A stretch of DNA of 55,452 nt, taken from a virus (taxonomy: Duplodnaviria > Caudoviricetes). Each line of letters starts with the position of its first letter. Positions within the stretch are counted from its first letter, which is position 1. A program made the position numbers and the translations under genes. The notes below the pieces were generated by a model that saw only the letters and a program-made list of their open reading frames with translations, ran no database searches and had not been told where the DNA came from. The DNA lies in IMG/VR virus record IMGVR_UViG_3300036859_000051, positions 1 to 55,452 of that record. One strand, given 5' to 3'. This document shows, in pieces, positions 9,384 through 19,684 of this stretch.

Positions 9384-10362
9384 TTTTCTTCCCCCGCCCA
9401 AATAGCGACGCAAGGAACGCTATCAGCGCTGCTAGAAGCCCGGCAAGTCCTGTCGGGGCGGATGCACCGGGAAGTGGCGCCGGGACCGGTGCGGGCGCCT
9501 CCACAGTCGGTTGTGGGGCTGCGGGAGCGGCATTAAGCGCGGCGAGTGTCTTTTCCCCTACAACGCCGTCCGCAATGAGCCCTGCGGCTTTCTGAAACTC
9601 AACGACGGCAAGTTCCGTCCCGTCGCCGAACTTCCCATCAAGCAAGCCGCCGACGTAGAACCCATGCGCTTGCAACTGTTGTTGCACCAAGAGAACATAT
9701 TGACCCTTCGAACCATTACGAAGCCAAGTTGAATTTTCCATCGGAACAACCTGCGAAGTTGGTGAGTGAAGAAAGTTCATCGCACGTTCGGTGAACTTCT
9801 GACGATCCGCCAATCCCAACGATCCGCCTTGGATTGCTTTTGTCAACCCCGGAAGGTTGTCGTTTATGACATACGCGGCGCATTTGTGGTCTTGCCAGTA
9901 GACGCAAAACGCTTCCAACGCGGTTGGGAATTTGCGGAGATAATCGGGGTGTTCGGCATACATCAAACCGACCGCCCGATAATTGTCGTAGAACGTCGTC
10001 TGTCCAAGCCCCGAGCCTCGATAGCGCCAACCGTCGCCGGGTTGCACATTCCCAAATCGCCCGCCGTACACTTTGTTCGCGAGTGCCTCCGGGTTGCGAA
10101 CAAATGGTTGTGCCGCTGCGTCGCTCGGAAACCGCGCGGGCCATATCCGCCGCAGTCGAGCGGTCGACGTGTAATATAGGTTTTCTTCCAACCGGTTGAA
10201 ACCCTGTGTCTCACACGCCGATTGTCCGAAGAACCAAGCGACTTCTTTGGGATCGGTGATCCCGTATTTCGTCAAGATCGATTGGTTATCGACAATGGCG
10301 CTAACGATGGCTCCGGATGCGCCCGGCGCGATGGCGAACAAGAATTGCGGAGTGATTTTCAT
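9376..10362 (-). CDS. Endolysin: GH19 domain + peptidoglycan-binding domain + C-terminal hydrophobic tail
   Basis: GQSACETQGF..LEENLYY, LANKVYG, GDGWRYRGSG; DGKFG.GTE.AV..FQ...GL.ADGVVG. Confidence 0.9.
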   Translation of the reverse strand: MKITPQFLFAIAPGASGAIVSAIVDNQSILTKYGITDPKEVAWFFGQSACETQGFNRLEENLYYTSTARLRRIWPARFPSDAAAQPFVRNPEALANKVYGGRFGNVQPGDGWRYRGSGLGQTTFYDNYRAVGLMYAEHPDYLRKFPTALEAFCVYWQDHKCAAYVINDNLPGLTKAIQGGSLGLADRQKFTERAMNFLHSPTSQVVPMENSTWLRNGSKGQYVLLVQQQLQAHGFYVGGLLDGKFGDGTELAVVEFQKAAGLIADGVVGEKTLAALNAAPAAPQPTVEAPAPVPAPLPGASAPTGLAGLLAALIAFLASLFGRGKKNG

Positions 10363-10369
10363 GATAGGT

Positions 10370-10753
10370 TTAACTCCAATATTTATCGTCGGTGTAATCC
10401 AACGGAATTGGATCAAGCTTCTCGATTTCGTTGGATCGGGAACGCAAGTGTTTAATTTCCGCCCATTGCGCCATAAGCGAAGTGTTCATTTGCTGCAACT
10501 CAGTCGGCCAACCTTTCGGATCGGCGCCATATAGCTGCATCGCTTCCGCATTCATCGCGAGAGCATTGCGTTGCTTGTAATCAGGCATGATCAATTCAAT
10601 TCGTCGCCCGGCTTCCGCTTTAACTTGTTCGAATTTAATTGAGTGCGGAGCGCCGTCGATGGCCTGCTGTGCGAGGATCGCCGCCTCTTCCTCCGGAGTG
10701 GCATCGCGTTCGTCCAGCTTACCAGTCATCGCATCAAATCTAGTGATCCTCAT
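10370..10753 (-). CDS. Tail fibre assembly/chaperone-like protein
   Basis: Follows the fibre; VKAEAGRRI..KQRN..DYTDDKYW pattern. Confidence 0.6.
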   Translation of the reverse strand: MRITRFDAMTGKLDERDATPEEEAAILAQQAIDGAPHSIKFEQVKAEAGRRIELIMPDYKQRNALAMNAEAMQLYGADPKGWPTELQQMNTSLMAQWAEIKHLRSRSNEIEKLDPIPLDYTDDKYWS

Positions 10754-12981
10754 CCGCGTAATCCCTCGATCTGATAGAAGCCGGTGATGTTCCCGCTACC
10801 GGGAATGAACCGCAGCGCGTCTTGCGCCGCAGCTGTCTGATGGTGGACCGAGAGAATGCCACGATAGCGGTTACCATCAGATGATTTACCGTTCATATGC
10901 ACTCTTATGATTGTCTCTGTGGCTTTGTTAAACTGGTGTATATCAATCTCAAACGTCCAGCCATCCGTATTGGATAAGTTACCCAAATAGAGCAGAACAG
11001 CATCATCCCCGCCACTATTAGCCCCCGTTGGCGTAGCAGCATTGCTAGCTTGATAGTCAACCAGCCGATTGTAGTTTGCACCAGCATCGTAAGTCGTGCC
11101 GATACCAACTCGCATCTTCAAAGAGACGCTGTTCGTGGCGGGTATAATGTAACCCTGTACGCGCAGGATACGAAACGCACTCAGTCCAGTGAAGTCATGC
11201 TGCGCGGCAGCGGACACGGCACCATTAAAAATGGTTTCCCAAGTAGTTTCATATTCAAGTGCTGTTGCACCCGAATTGACACGTAGTTTTTGGCCGGCCG
11301 TGCCAATTGCTAAACGATCCCATTCCGTTGATCCACGAACAAGAATATCACCTGTAGCTTGCGAGGCGGGCGACGGAACACGTTTTCCTTCAACAGCCAT
11401 GAAACCAGCCGCACCGCGTGATAATGTCGTGTCCGACGCTGCGCCAAGTTCAACCGTTGCGAACTGTGGGTTAGAAGAAGTACCTAATCCTACGTCCGAC
11501 GCAGTCAAAGCAAGGATCGTTTTGACGTTCGCCGCCGACAAATCTTCCGGATCGCCGGTACCCGCAGTGAGACGGCCTTTAATTGTGTTGACCGCCATAT
11601 TCGCGAGCTTGGCATTCGTGACAACATCGTTGTCGATTGCCCAAGCCAAACCTGAGCCCGAAACGGTAATGTCGCCTTTGTCACCGTCCGCAACGCCCGA
11701 TGCGACGGCACCAGCAATGGCGTCGTTAACCCATTCCGTTGTGGCAATCTTAGTCGTATCGTCTGAACCCGAAGGCGTCGGCGCGGTTGGTGTACCGGTG
11801 AACGCGGGCGATGCGAGATTGGCTTTCAAATCGAGCGCGGTTTGTTGCGCCGTGGATACGGGCTTGTCTACATCGGACGTATTATCGACGTTACCGAGCC
11901 CAACATCGCCTTTGACAAGCGCAAGGATCGTCTTGACGTTTGCCGCCGACAAATCTTCCGGATCACCAGTTGACCCGGTGACGCGACCTTTAATCGTATT
12001 TGCCGCCATGTTGGCGAGCTTGGCGTTCGTGATCGCATCATCGGCAATGCCCGCCGTTGCAACCGTACCAAAACCAAGCGACGTTCCCGAACGTCTGAGA
12101 ACTTCACCGTCGTTGGCCGCTGCAATGTCGGCAACATCGGCAGTCGCATTGCCGGTCACACCAACGACCGATAAAGCCGCGCCTTGCCGGAATTTTGCGT
12201 TGGTAACCGCGTTGGCAGCAATACCAGCCGTTGCGACCGTACCAAAGCCAAGTGCCGTTCCCGAACGACGAAGAACCTCACCGTCGTTGGCCGCCGCAAT
12301 GTCGGCGGGAACACCACTCGAATTAGCAGACCGACCGATCACCGACAACGCGGCACTATCACGAAGCTTGGCGCTTGTTATAGCCGCGTCGGCTATACCC
12401 GCCGTTGCGACCGTACCGAAACCAAGCGACGTTCCCGAACGACGAAGAACCTCACCATCATTCGACGCTGCGATATCGGCAACATCACCCGTCGAATTGG
12501 CGGATCGCCCGATAACAGTTAATGCCGTGCCTTGCCGCAACTTCGCATCGGTGACAGCATTCGCAGCAATGCCCGCCGTCGCAACCGTACCGAAACCAAG
12601 CGACGTTCCCGAACGTCTGAGAACTTCGCCATCATTAGACGCGGCGATATCCGCAACGTTGCCTGTCGAATTCGATGCGCGCCCGATCACGGTCAAAGCC
12701 GCGCCTTGCCGCAACTTGGCATCCGTCACGGAATTGTCGGCAAGCGACGCAGTCGGGAATGTTCCATCGGCCAACGCGTAAAGCGAAATCCAAGCGGTGT
12801 TTCCGCTGTTCCGCATTTTCATGTAGCCGGAAGTCGTATCCGCCCAAAACATGAAAGCGAACGTGACGGAAGGCGCGGACGTGCCAGAATTATTCGATGC
12901 GATGGCGCCTAGGACAGCGTTGATATCCGCGCGAACGGTTGACCCGCTGCCGTTCGCGATATCATAGTCATGTTGCGCCAT
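10750..12981 (-). CDS. Long tail fibre with internal repeats
   Basis: MAQHDY..VRADIN anchor domain; Gly/Ala/Thr-rich repeats; VGLGNVDNTSD..KPVS and SPAFTGTPTAPT fibre motifs. Confidence 0.85.
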   Translation of the reverse strand: MAQHDYDIANGSGSTVRADINAVLGAIASNNSGTSAPSVTFAFMFWADTTSGYMKMRNSGNTAWISLYALADGTFPTASLADNSVTDAKLRQGAALTVIGRASNSTGNVADIAASNDGEVLRRSGTSLGFGTVATAGIAANAVTDAKLRQGTALTVIGRSANSTGDVADIAASNDGEVLRRSGTSLGFGTVATAGIADAAITSAKLRDSAALSVIGRSANSSGVPADIAAANDGEVLRRSGTALGFGTVATAGIAANAVTNAKFRQGAALSVVGVTGNATADVADIAAANDGEVLRRSGTSLGFGTVATAGIADDAITNAKLANMAANTIKGRVTGSTGDPEDLSAANVKTILALVKGDVGLGNVDNTSDVDKPVSTAQQTALDLKANLASPAFTGTPTAPTPSGSDDTTKIATTEWVNDAIAGAVASGVADGDKGDITVSGSGLAWAIDNDVVTNAKLANMAVNTIKGRLTAGTGDPEDLSAANVKTILALTASDVGLGTSSNPQFATVELGAASDTTLSRGAAGFMAVEGKRVPSPASQATGDILVRGSTEWDRLAIGTAGQKLRVNSGATALEYETTWETIFNGAVSAAAQHDFTGLSAFRILRVQGYIIPATNSVSLKMRVGIGTTYDAGANYNRLVDYQASNAATPTGANSGGDDAVLLYLGNLSNTDGWTFEIDIHQFNKATETIIRVHMNGKSSDGNRYRGILSVHHQTAAAQDALRFIPGSGNITGFYQIEGLRG
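12040..12738 (-). repeat. Four tandem 174-bp (58-aa) repeats in the fibre
   Basis: DGEVLRRSGT.LGFGTVATAGIA x4; DNA anchors near 12062, 12236, 12410, 12584. Confidence 0.9.
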
Positions 12982-13581
12982 TTATTCCCAACCTTGCGTC
13001 AAATCGAGCGACGCCAATTTTTCTGGCGTATCGGCGGACAAGATCACGTCGGACCACTCGAATTCTTTGTTGAACGCACGTTGATGCTTTTCGCGGATAA
13101 GACGGATCAACGCTATCACGTCGTCACGATTGAATGAGACAAACGCACCCGGCCCGACACGCCAACGCGTACGCCATTCTTTGTCAGTGTCACGGCTTTC
13201 GATTTCCGCTGCAACCAACGCGGTCAAACTGTTCATCGAACTATCAACTTTAACGCCGCGTAGTTCGACACCGCCGTTTTGAGACGCTTGTCTCAAATAT
13301 TGAATTTTAAGATAGGCTTGTGTGCGCTGTTCTTCGAATGTTAAAACCGATTGTTCCGGTTCGGGGATCGGCTCGGGTTCGGGCGGCTCGATTATCTCGA
13401 ATTTGCCGCGCCCTTCTTTGACGATCCGTTCAACAAAGTAATGTGCGGTTGGAGCCGGAACGCCAACCGTCTTAGTGTGATCCTTCAATTCTTGCTGGAA
13501 CGTGGCGATGGCTTCACGCAATGCAGCTTCACCGCCGATCACGTCCAATTCTTCCCGGTGAATTTGAAACTTAGTGACCAT
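12982..13581 (-). CDS. Tail fibre chaperone (DUF4376-like C-terminus)
   Basis: Lies between the fibres; GGV...G.KVDS, W....FV, AF.KE, DL..GW; SD GGAG. Confidence 0.65.
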   Translation of the reverse strand: MVTKFQIHREELDVIGGEAALREAIATFQQELKDHTKTVGVPAPTAHYFVERIVKEGRGKFEIIEPPEPEPIPEPEQSVLTFEEQRTQAYLKIQYLRQASQNGGVELRGVKVDSSMNSLTALVAAEIESRDTDKEWRTRWRVGPGAFVSFNRDDVIALIRLIREKHQRAFNKEFEWSDVILSADTPEKLASLDLTQGWE

Positions 13582-13582
13582 T

Positions 13583-14599
13583 TCAAACTCCCGCGTACAC
13601 GACGTAATTAACGATGATTGTCGGTTGCGTATTCGTATGAGCGCCATCACCGCCCGCATTCGACACGCTCACACCGCGCGTGCCCGAACCGAACACACTA
13701 TCGCCCGTTGAAAAATCGGTTTCCGGTGAACCCGAATGATTGGCACCATATCGACTGTTCGCGCTCATGGATGCACTATGCGCGTGCGCCGGTATCATTG
13801 ATAATGTGAGTGTGACGGTTTGCGCGCCGCCCGCCGCGCCCAACGTGGCGCCATTGATACCCGCCCCGCCCGTCGTCAAACGGTTCGCAGCGGAGCCGCC
13901 CATATCGTCGCGACCAGCACCAACACGACCACGCTTGTCGATCACCCCAAACGTTGTTGACCCATCACCCGCGCCGTACGTTGTGCCTGTTGCGGCGAAT
14001 AATGCTGCATACGTTGTGCGATCAAGATTTTGACCATTTGCCCAAACACATTTATCAGGCAATGTTGTGCCAGAATATTCGATAATCTCGCCAACGAAAT
14101 GTCCATTGACTAGAACACCATCGACTTGGAAACCGCCTGATCCCGGAACTACATTGAGCCCGCCCGATCCCGTTTGCGTTACGGTAGCGGCACCATTCGC
14201 GCCAGTCGCGCGAGCGATACGCAAACGATAATCTTCCGATCCCGCTGCGTCCGGATGGAAATCGATATTCGATCCGACTTCCATTCCACCGCCCGTAGCA
14301 ATACGGGGAATACGCGCGGTCGTTCCAAACCAATCACCCGATACCGCCACAGCCAATGCGGCGTCATCAAGGGTAAATGACGAACCAACGATTGACGCGA
14401 TGGTGATCCAACCCGAATTTGCCGGGTTGCGCATCTTAAGCAATGAATTTGTGGTGTCCGCCCAAAACATAAAAGCGAACGTGACGGACGGCGCGGACGC
14501 TCCGCTATTCTGCGACGCCATCGCTTCGGCGAGCGCGTTGATATCGGCGCGTACGGTCGCGCCCGGCGCATTAGCGATGTTGTAATCATGTTGCGACAT
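13583..14599 (-). CDS. Short tail fibre with tail-collar domain
   Basis: Same anchor (MSQHDY..VRADIN); NGQ...RTTYAALF...GTTYGAGDGSTTF..D.RGR; H.N.QP. Confidence 0.85.
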   Translation of the reverse strand: MSQHDYNIANAPGATVRADINALAEAMASQNSGASAPSVTFAFMFWADTTNSLLKMRNPANSGWITIASIVGSSFTLDDAALAVAVSGDWFGTTARIPRIATGGGMEVGSNIDFHPDAAGSEDYRLRIARATGANGAATVTQTGSGGLNVVPGSGGFQVDGVLVNGHFVGEIIEYSGTTLPDKCVWANGQNLDRTTYAALFAATGTTYGAGDGSTTFGVIDKRGRVGAGRDDMGGSAANRLTTGGAGINGATLGAAGGAQTVTLTLSMIPAHAHSASMSANSRYGANHSGSPETDFSTGDSVFGSGTRGVSVSNAGGDGAHTNTQPTIIVNYVVYAGV

Positions 14600-14614
14600 T
14601 GTCGCCCGCCCCTA

Positions 14615-14938
14615 TCAGCGCGGACGCGCTGCAAATTCTTCGTCTCGACGCCGTAGCTCTTGGTTATACCACGCCAACCATTCCTTACATTCGAACGGCG
14701 CTGCGTCCCCCATCGCTTCGATTATTTTGGCGATGATCATTTCTGTCGAATACGGCTGACGCGTACCGACCTTTCCGAACCCATGACCAAGCGGAATGAA
14801 CGTGCCTTGGGCTTCGTCCCATTTGTAGCGGCCATCGGTCGGAAGATCACCCGGTTCGACGCCGGGTTCATCGTCTGCCACTTGCTTGGTGCCAACTAGG
14901 CGTTTGTTCGTATCCAGTACCGCGACGATTTTCGTCAT
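14615..14938 (-). CDS. Hypothetical tail-associated protein
   Basis: Coupled to the tail tip gene. Confidence 0.7.
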   Translation of the reverse strand: MTKIVAVLDTNKRLVGTKQVADDEPGVEPGDLPTDGRYKWDEAQGTFIPLGHGFGKVGTRQPYSTEMIIAKIIEAMGDAAPFECKEWLAWYNQELRRRDEEFAARPR

Positions 14939-17900
14939 TAGACGACTTCCTCCGCATCAACGCCTAGTTCGGTCACTGCTATATTAAAATCATGATTGTA
15001 GGAAGTAAGAACCGCCTTAAACTTACAACCTCTTGCGTGCACTTCCATGCTATCGAAACGTTGCCACGCACCCCACGTCGGCGATCCGGACGGATCATCG
15101 TCGGTCAATGCCACGTAAACGATGCAATCGGCTTCGGCAGTGTTCTCACCATCGAAATCGGCGCGCGTATCGATATCTTCGGACCAACTATCAATTAGAT
15201 CGTTGACACCAAAAACACCGGCAAGAATGCGTAAAGTAATACGCATTTTACTCACCACACCGAAGTCAAAACCAAACTCGAATTCGTATTCACCAACAGT
15301 GATTTCCGAGGTTCCACCGAACGCGTCAATATCCGCTTCGGCATCAATATCAGGAATGTCATCCCATTGACCGGCACCGCCAATCTTCAACGCAATTCCG
15401 TCAACTGTCGTATTTGTTTTGACACCACCAAATGACGGAGCTTCATCGATACTGTCGACAGGCGCATAAGTGAGAACGCTAGCTTGCGCCGCGTCGACCA
15501 TGACAACGTCGGATTGGTTACCAGCGTCGTCAAACACCTTGCACATATAAGTGCCGGGGCGAAGCGGTAACGTTGCGAACAATGACTTCGCTTGCGCCGC
15601 TTGACCGATGGAAGTTGAATTCGACCAACTAGGCGTCGGATCGGCGGAATGTCTAAAACGTACCTCACCGCCGAAAATTACGTCTAGTTCGCGCGGCGCA
15701 TCCCAACGCAGGAACGCTTGGCCGCCGAATGTTGAGATAGTGAGATTGACCAGCGGGTCTGGATTGGTCGATTTACCAACGACACGATGGTTGCTTATGT
15801 AAGACCAATCACCGGGCAAACGACCGGGTACGATCCAACGCAAGCGAACATCGAAATATTCACCCGTCCGAACGTCGCCAATCATAGCTTCATTACCGAT
15901 GAAGCTATCGACTTGCGCCGCGCTATAAGGCTCACCTGTTGTTGACGGACGAATTTGAATATCGAGTGTGCCATCCTGATCGGTGAGCGGTTGGACCTTT
16001 ACCGCAATATGCACCGAGAGACTTTCACCCGAACCGACTGTCAGAACGCTTTCATCGGACCGCACGCTTTCAACAACCACGTCGGGAACCGATGCAATCG
16101 GTGTGAGCTTGCTATCAAACGCGGGGATCGGGCTTGCGTCAATGTTATAAACAACCTCACGATACGGAACAGCGGTGATTGTCGCGTCATACAGATCACC
16201 AACCGGATCAATATCAATGATCAAAGCGTCATCGGTTTCGCTACCGAGCACGCCGAAACCGAAAAGATCACCGGCCGATGGTGCATCGATGGCCGGAATA
16301 GGTGAGGCAAATTCGATGTTCGTTTGAACCCCTTCGTTCGTCACGATCTGAGCGGTTACCGCGACGTTCGCAACGGTCCGAATAGATACACCGTAATTAA
16401 CCGAAGCTTCCATCGGCAAAGGTGTATCGACAACAGCACTAATAGCGTTGCCATCAATATCAAGTTCAACTGATTTGAAACGTCCGCCCGGCCCGATGCC
16501 AATCATAATCACGTCATGCGTGAGTTTGATCACGTCGCCGCGCTTATAAACAAAACGTTCCATGTCTTGGACGAACGTAAATTGTTCCGGGCGATGCACC
16601 GCTACTGCCGCCGCAAAGCGCGCGTGCTTGGTGATTAATGCCGGGCTTGTCACACCGGGATAATTAGCCGTTTCAAATTTTGTCGCGGTTTCTTCGTTGT
16701 ATCCATCGAGATACACGCGAAGTTCATCAGTGCGATAATCTTGTTCCTCATTTTGAAATGTAATGCGGATCGCGTGCGGCTTATCGAGGAACGCTTTGTT
16801 CGCCGTGAACCCACGCGAATTGCGTGGTGTGACATGTGAGACCGGCGACTTAGGTTCATCAATAACAACGGACCATTTGCCATCGATGTTGGTTTGTGCG
16901 GCCCGACCGGCCGAAGCGATATCACCGAGCAAATCAGGAAATGATGATCTGAAATCGCGAAACTGATTAAACTCAAAACCATGATCGTTACAAAATTCGG
17001 CCCAATACGACAACATCGTTAAATCAAGCGCCGCGTCGGGATAAGGAACCTGCAACGAATAGCTTTGATAAGCGTAGCGATACAAGCTCGCGGGATTACT
17101 CGTCGCGCGCATGATCCATGACGTTGTGTCAATATCCCAATCGAGGCAAACGCGTTGACCAATGATGCTGAAATCATCGATCACACCGTTTAGTTGATCT
17201 GTCGCTTTGATCCGAAGTGCGATCAAAGCGACCGGAACAGGCGAACGAACCGGGCTTTCGTTAGTAATAGCTCGCAACGCGGACCAAACAAGAGCGTCGC
17301 GAATATTCTCGTCACTCGTGTCAGTTGTCAGGCGACGAATGCGAATGTCGTATTGACCGCGACCCTCAGACGGAGCGAAGGTGAAACCATGACGGATGGC
17401 GTTGGTGCGCCGTTGCGTGAACGATACCTGACTAAACGTTAACCCATCGGTATCCGTCCAAGACGATGGAAAAGTCTTGGTGCCATTATCCGGAATTGGT
17501 TGCCAATCATTGGCACCTGAAACGCTATATTCAAATTCAGCAACAACCGTTCTATTGGAGCGCGTTCCATCCGGCGCGATTGTAACAAGCCCTTCGGCAA
17601 ACAGCACGTCGACGCTTATCCGATCCGCGTTCGGTCCGGACGTGCGCGTTGTGTAGCCGTCCGCCTCATTTAAACGGATTTGGAAATTGTCTTGCTGAAC
17701 CGTATCGGGGAAAATCGAAATCGGATCGTCGGTATCGTACCCTTCGCGAAACTCGATTTCATAATCGCTGAAAGACGACAACAAGCTTTCAGCGATCTTT
17801 GCCGACGCTTCGTCAAATTCTATCGGGCCAACACCGCAATGAAGTAGCAAATTCAAATATTGATCGTCACCGACAATATCAGTGTATGGTGCAGCCGCGA

Positions 17901-18483
17901 GTTTAGGCACAATACGCATCCGCCCGAACAAGTCACCAACGACACCGAAGGGATCGGAAACGTTGCGAGCGTTCTCGATAAACGTCGTAGTGCCGTCACT
18001 TGTCTGCGATGCACCGTTAGACGTTGGCGCCGAGTTGCGAGGCGGGATTAGGGCGTTGACAAGCAACATGCCGCCAAGCCCGATAACCGCCTGCCCCGCT
18101 GCCGCGCCGAACGCCCCTGTAAGCCCCACGGCTCCCGCTAGAGGCCCGCCAAAAGCGAGCGCTGCCGCCGCCACGGCAATCAACAGAACGTTGCGCGCGA
18201 TATCCTTACCGCCGCCATCACCGCCCCTTGGCGGCACATAGGCGCGGATCGTGATTAGGGTTCCGGCCTTGGGGCGTACGACCGCCCATTTCGAGCGCGG
18301 AACATACCAATCATTGATGTAGATATGAGCCGCCCGACGCAACACCGGATCGGGTTGGACGTACTCGAAAATATGTTCAATTGTTTGATCGGGCGTTACC
18401 GTATAATCAACGGTCCGGACGCTAAGCGGATTGGTTGCCGCAACAACTCTAGCAACGGCTTTTGTGTCTAAAGTATCCAGCAT
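14938..18483 (-). CDS. Tail tip / host-specificity protein (lambda gpI+gpJ-like)
   Basis: 1181 aa; N-terminal ubiquitin-like and hydrophobic segment, TSNPA, GQYDIRIRR, FN3-like C-terminal part; synteny. Confidence 0.85.
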   Translation of the reverse strand: MLDTLDTKAVARVVAATNPLSVRTVDYTVTPDQTIEHIFEYVQPDPVLRRAAHIYINDWYVPRSKWAVVRPKAGTLITIRAYVPPRGGDGGGKDIARNVLLIAVAAAALAFGGPLAGAVGLTGAFGAAAGQAVIGLGGMLLVNALIPPRNSAPTSNGASQTSDGTTTFIENARNVSDPFGVVGDLFGRMRIVPKLAAAPYTDIVGDDQYLNLLLHCGVGPIEFDEASAKIAESLLSSFSDYEIEFREGYDTDDPISIFPDTVQQDNFQIRLNEADGYTTRTSGPNADRISVDVLFAEGLVTIAPDGTRSNRTVVAEFEYSVSGANDWQPIPDNGTKTFPSSWTDTDGLTFSQVSFTQRRTNAIRHGFTFAPSEGRGQYDIRIRRLTTDTSDENIRDALVWSALRAITNESPVRSPVPVALIALRIKATDQLNGVIDDFSIIGQRVCLDWDIDTTSWIMRATSNPASLYRYAYQSYSLQVPYPDAALDLTMLSYWAEFCNDHGFEFNQFRDFRSSFPDLLGDIASAGRAAQTNIDGKWSVVIDEPKSPVSHVTPRNSRGFTANKAFLDKPHAIRITFQNEEQDYRTDELRVYLDGYNEETATKFETANYPGVTSPALITKHARFAAAVAVHRPEQFTFVQDMERFVYKRGDVIKLTHDVIMIGIGPGGRFKSVELDIDGNAISAVVDTPLPMEASVNYGVSIRTVANVAVTAQIVTNEGVQTNIEFASPIPAIDAPSAGDLFGFGVLGSETDDALIIDIDPVGDLYDATITAVPYREVVYNIDASPIPAFDSKLTPIASVPDVVVESVRSDESVLTVGSGESLSVHIAVKVQPLTDQDGTLDIQIRPSTTGEPYSAAQVDSFIGNEAMIGDVRTGEYFDVRLRWIVPGRLPGDWSYISNHRVVGKSTNPDPLVNLTISTFGGQAFLRWDAPRELDVIFGGEVRFRHSADPTPSWSNSTSIGQAAQAKSLFATLPLRPGTYMCKVFDDAGNQSDVVMVDAAQASVLTYAPVDSIDEAPSFGGVKTNTTVDGIALKIGGAGQWDDIPDIDAEADIDAFGGTSEITVGEYEFEFGFDFGVVSKMRITLRILAGVFGVNDLIDSWSEDIDTRADFDGENTAEADCIVYVALTDDDPSGSPTWGAWQRFDSMEVHARGCKFKAVLTSYNHDFNIAVTELGVDAEEVV

Positions 18484-18856
18484 GACGCTTTGCCCAACCT
18501 ATCGTGTCCAAACGCTCGCATACCGTACCAATCCCGCGTCGACTGTGTATCATTTGACCGCGATCAATCACCAACGCCACATGTGATTGAAACCGGCTAA
18601 CGCTAAACAACGACACGTCACCAACCATCGGCTTAGTGGTTTCGATCCACTGTTGTTTTTCCGTGTCAACAACCGCGTTCAATTCAGCGAATGAGACACC
18701 CGGAACATAATCGTCGGACAACGTTGAAATCGTGGCGTCGAATAACTCACGATACGCGACAAACACCAAACCCCAACAATCCCAACCATCCCAATCGCGA
18801 CCGCATTCGAGGAACGGAACATCGATAGCTTTCGCGATGAATTCCTTTAACTGCAA
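18449..18856 (-). CDS. NlpC/P60 tail protein
   Basis: GRDWDGWDCWGLV, HVALV, MIHS. Confidence 0.9.
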   Translation of the reverse strand: MQLKEFIAKAIDVPFLECGRDWDGWDCWGLVFVAYRELFDATISTLSDDYVPGVSFAELNAVVDTEKQQWIETTKPMVGDVSLFSVSRFQSHVALVIDRGQMIHSRRGIGTVCERLDTIGWAKRHAGYFRHKSRC

Positions 18857-18857
18857 C

Positions 18858-19322
18858 TTAGAACAAGCCGGGATATTCGGACGGGGTAAATGACCGTTGC
18901 GGATATTGTTCGCGCATCATGTCATCAACGCTCAATTCGCCGCTAACAGTCATCGTGTCGTATTTGGCATTGCGTAGGGTAAAAACGGGATACTCTTGTT
19001 CGACCGCGTCAAGATCATCGATCCGAATGACGCTGATCGCAACCGTTGGGGGTGAAGTCAATTGCCGGATCACTTGCCCGATTTCACGCGACACATTCGC
19101 AATCGTCAATGTCGCTGATAGAGACGCTTTGTCACGATCTTTTGGCAACATCACCTTGAATGGATACGCTATGTAAAGCTCACCATTTGACGTAACGTTT
19201 TCAGTGTTATTGACGAACCGAAGCGGATCGGCCAAATCGGCATGATCGATAACCAGCAATTCAAGAAAGCCGCCACCTTCTTGTGCAAAGACTTGGGCAC
19301 GCGCGGTATCGGAAATCGTCAC
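18858..19322 (-). CDS. Minor tail protein (DUF1833-like)
   Basis: I.H.DL..PLRFVNN, Y.AYPF...LP, FTP..YPGLF. Confidence 0.8.
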   Translation of the reverse strand: MTISDTARAQVFAQEGGGFLELLVIDHADLADPLRFVNNTENVTSNGELYIAYPFKVMLPKDRDKASLSATLTIANVSREIGQVIRQLTSPPTVAISVIRIDDLDAVEQEYPVFTLRNAKYDTMTVSGELSVDDMMREQYPQRSFTPSEYPGLF

Positions 19323-19684
19323 GGCAACACTTCCAAATCAAGCGTTGCGGACCAACGTCGATTATCACCCGCGCCACTCACTGTGAACGTTGGCCCTTCC
19401 TCACTGCGGAACCGAAATGAGACGGTTGTATCATCCTTGGGATCAACCCAATTGAACGACAGCGTTCCTTCTACAAGATCGTCAACATAGAACGCATCGA
19501 AGATTGCACGTTCGGCGTGCGTCATGACAACCGGGATCGATACGTTGCGGATTGATGTTGTATACCGACGCCGCACGATGGCCGGTCCAACTTCCACGTC
19601 CGAACGTATTTTCGCACCGACGCGTTGATCGGTCGCGCCGGTGAGTTTCAAGACATTCGCAAGATCGCTCGGCCAATCGACCAT
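19319..19684 (-). CDS. Distal tail protein
   Basis: WP..L, GP...RRR.T, F.AFY...L..G...F.W.DP; follows the tape measure gene. Confidence 0.75.
   Translation of the reverse strand: MVDWPSDLANVLKLTGATDQRVGAKIRSDVEVGPAIVRRRYTTSIRNVSIPVVMTHAERAIFDAFYVDDLVEGTLSFNWVDPKDDTTVSFRFRSEEGPTFTVSGAGDNRRWSATLDLEVLP

Noticed and set aside
11189-12781. 530-aa plus-strand ORF
   Set aside because: Antisense shadow of the repetitive, codon-biased fibre gene; no RBS or motifs
10750-14599. Diversity-generating retroelement or invertible fibre switch
   Set aside because: No reverse transcriptase, invertase or adenine-specific template/variable repeat pair; shared parts are direct and N-terminal
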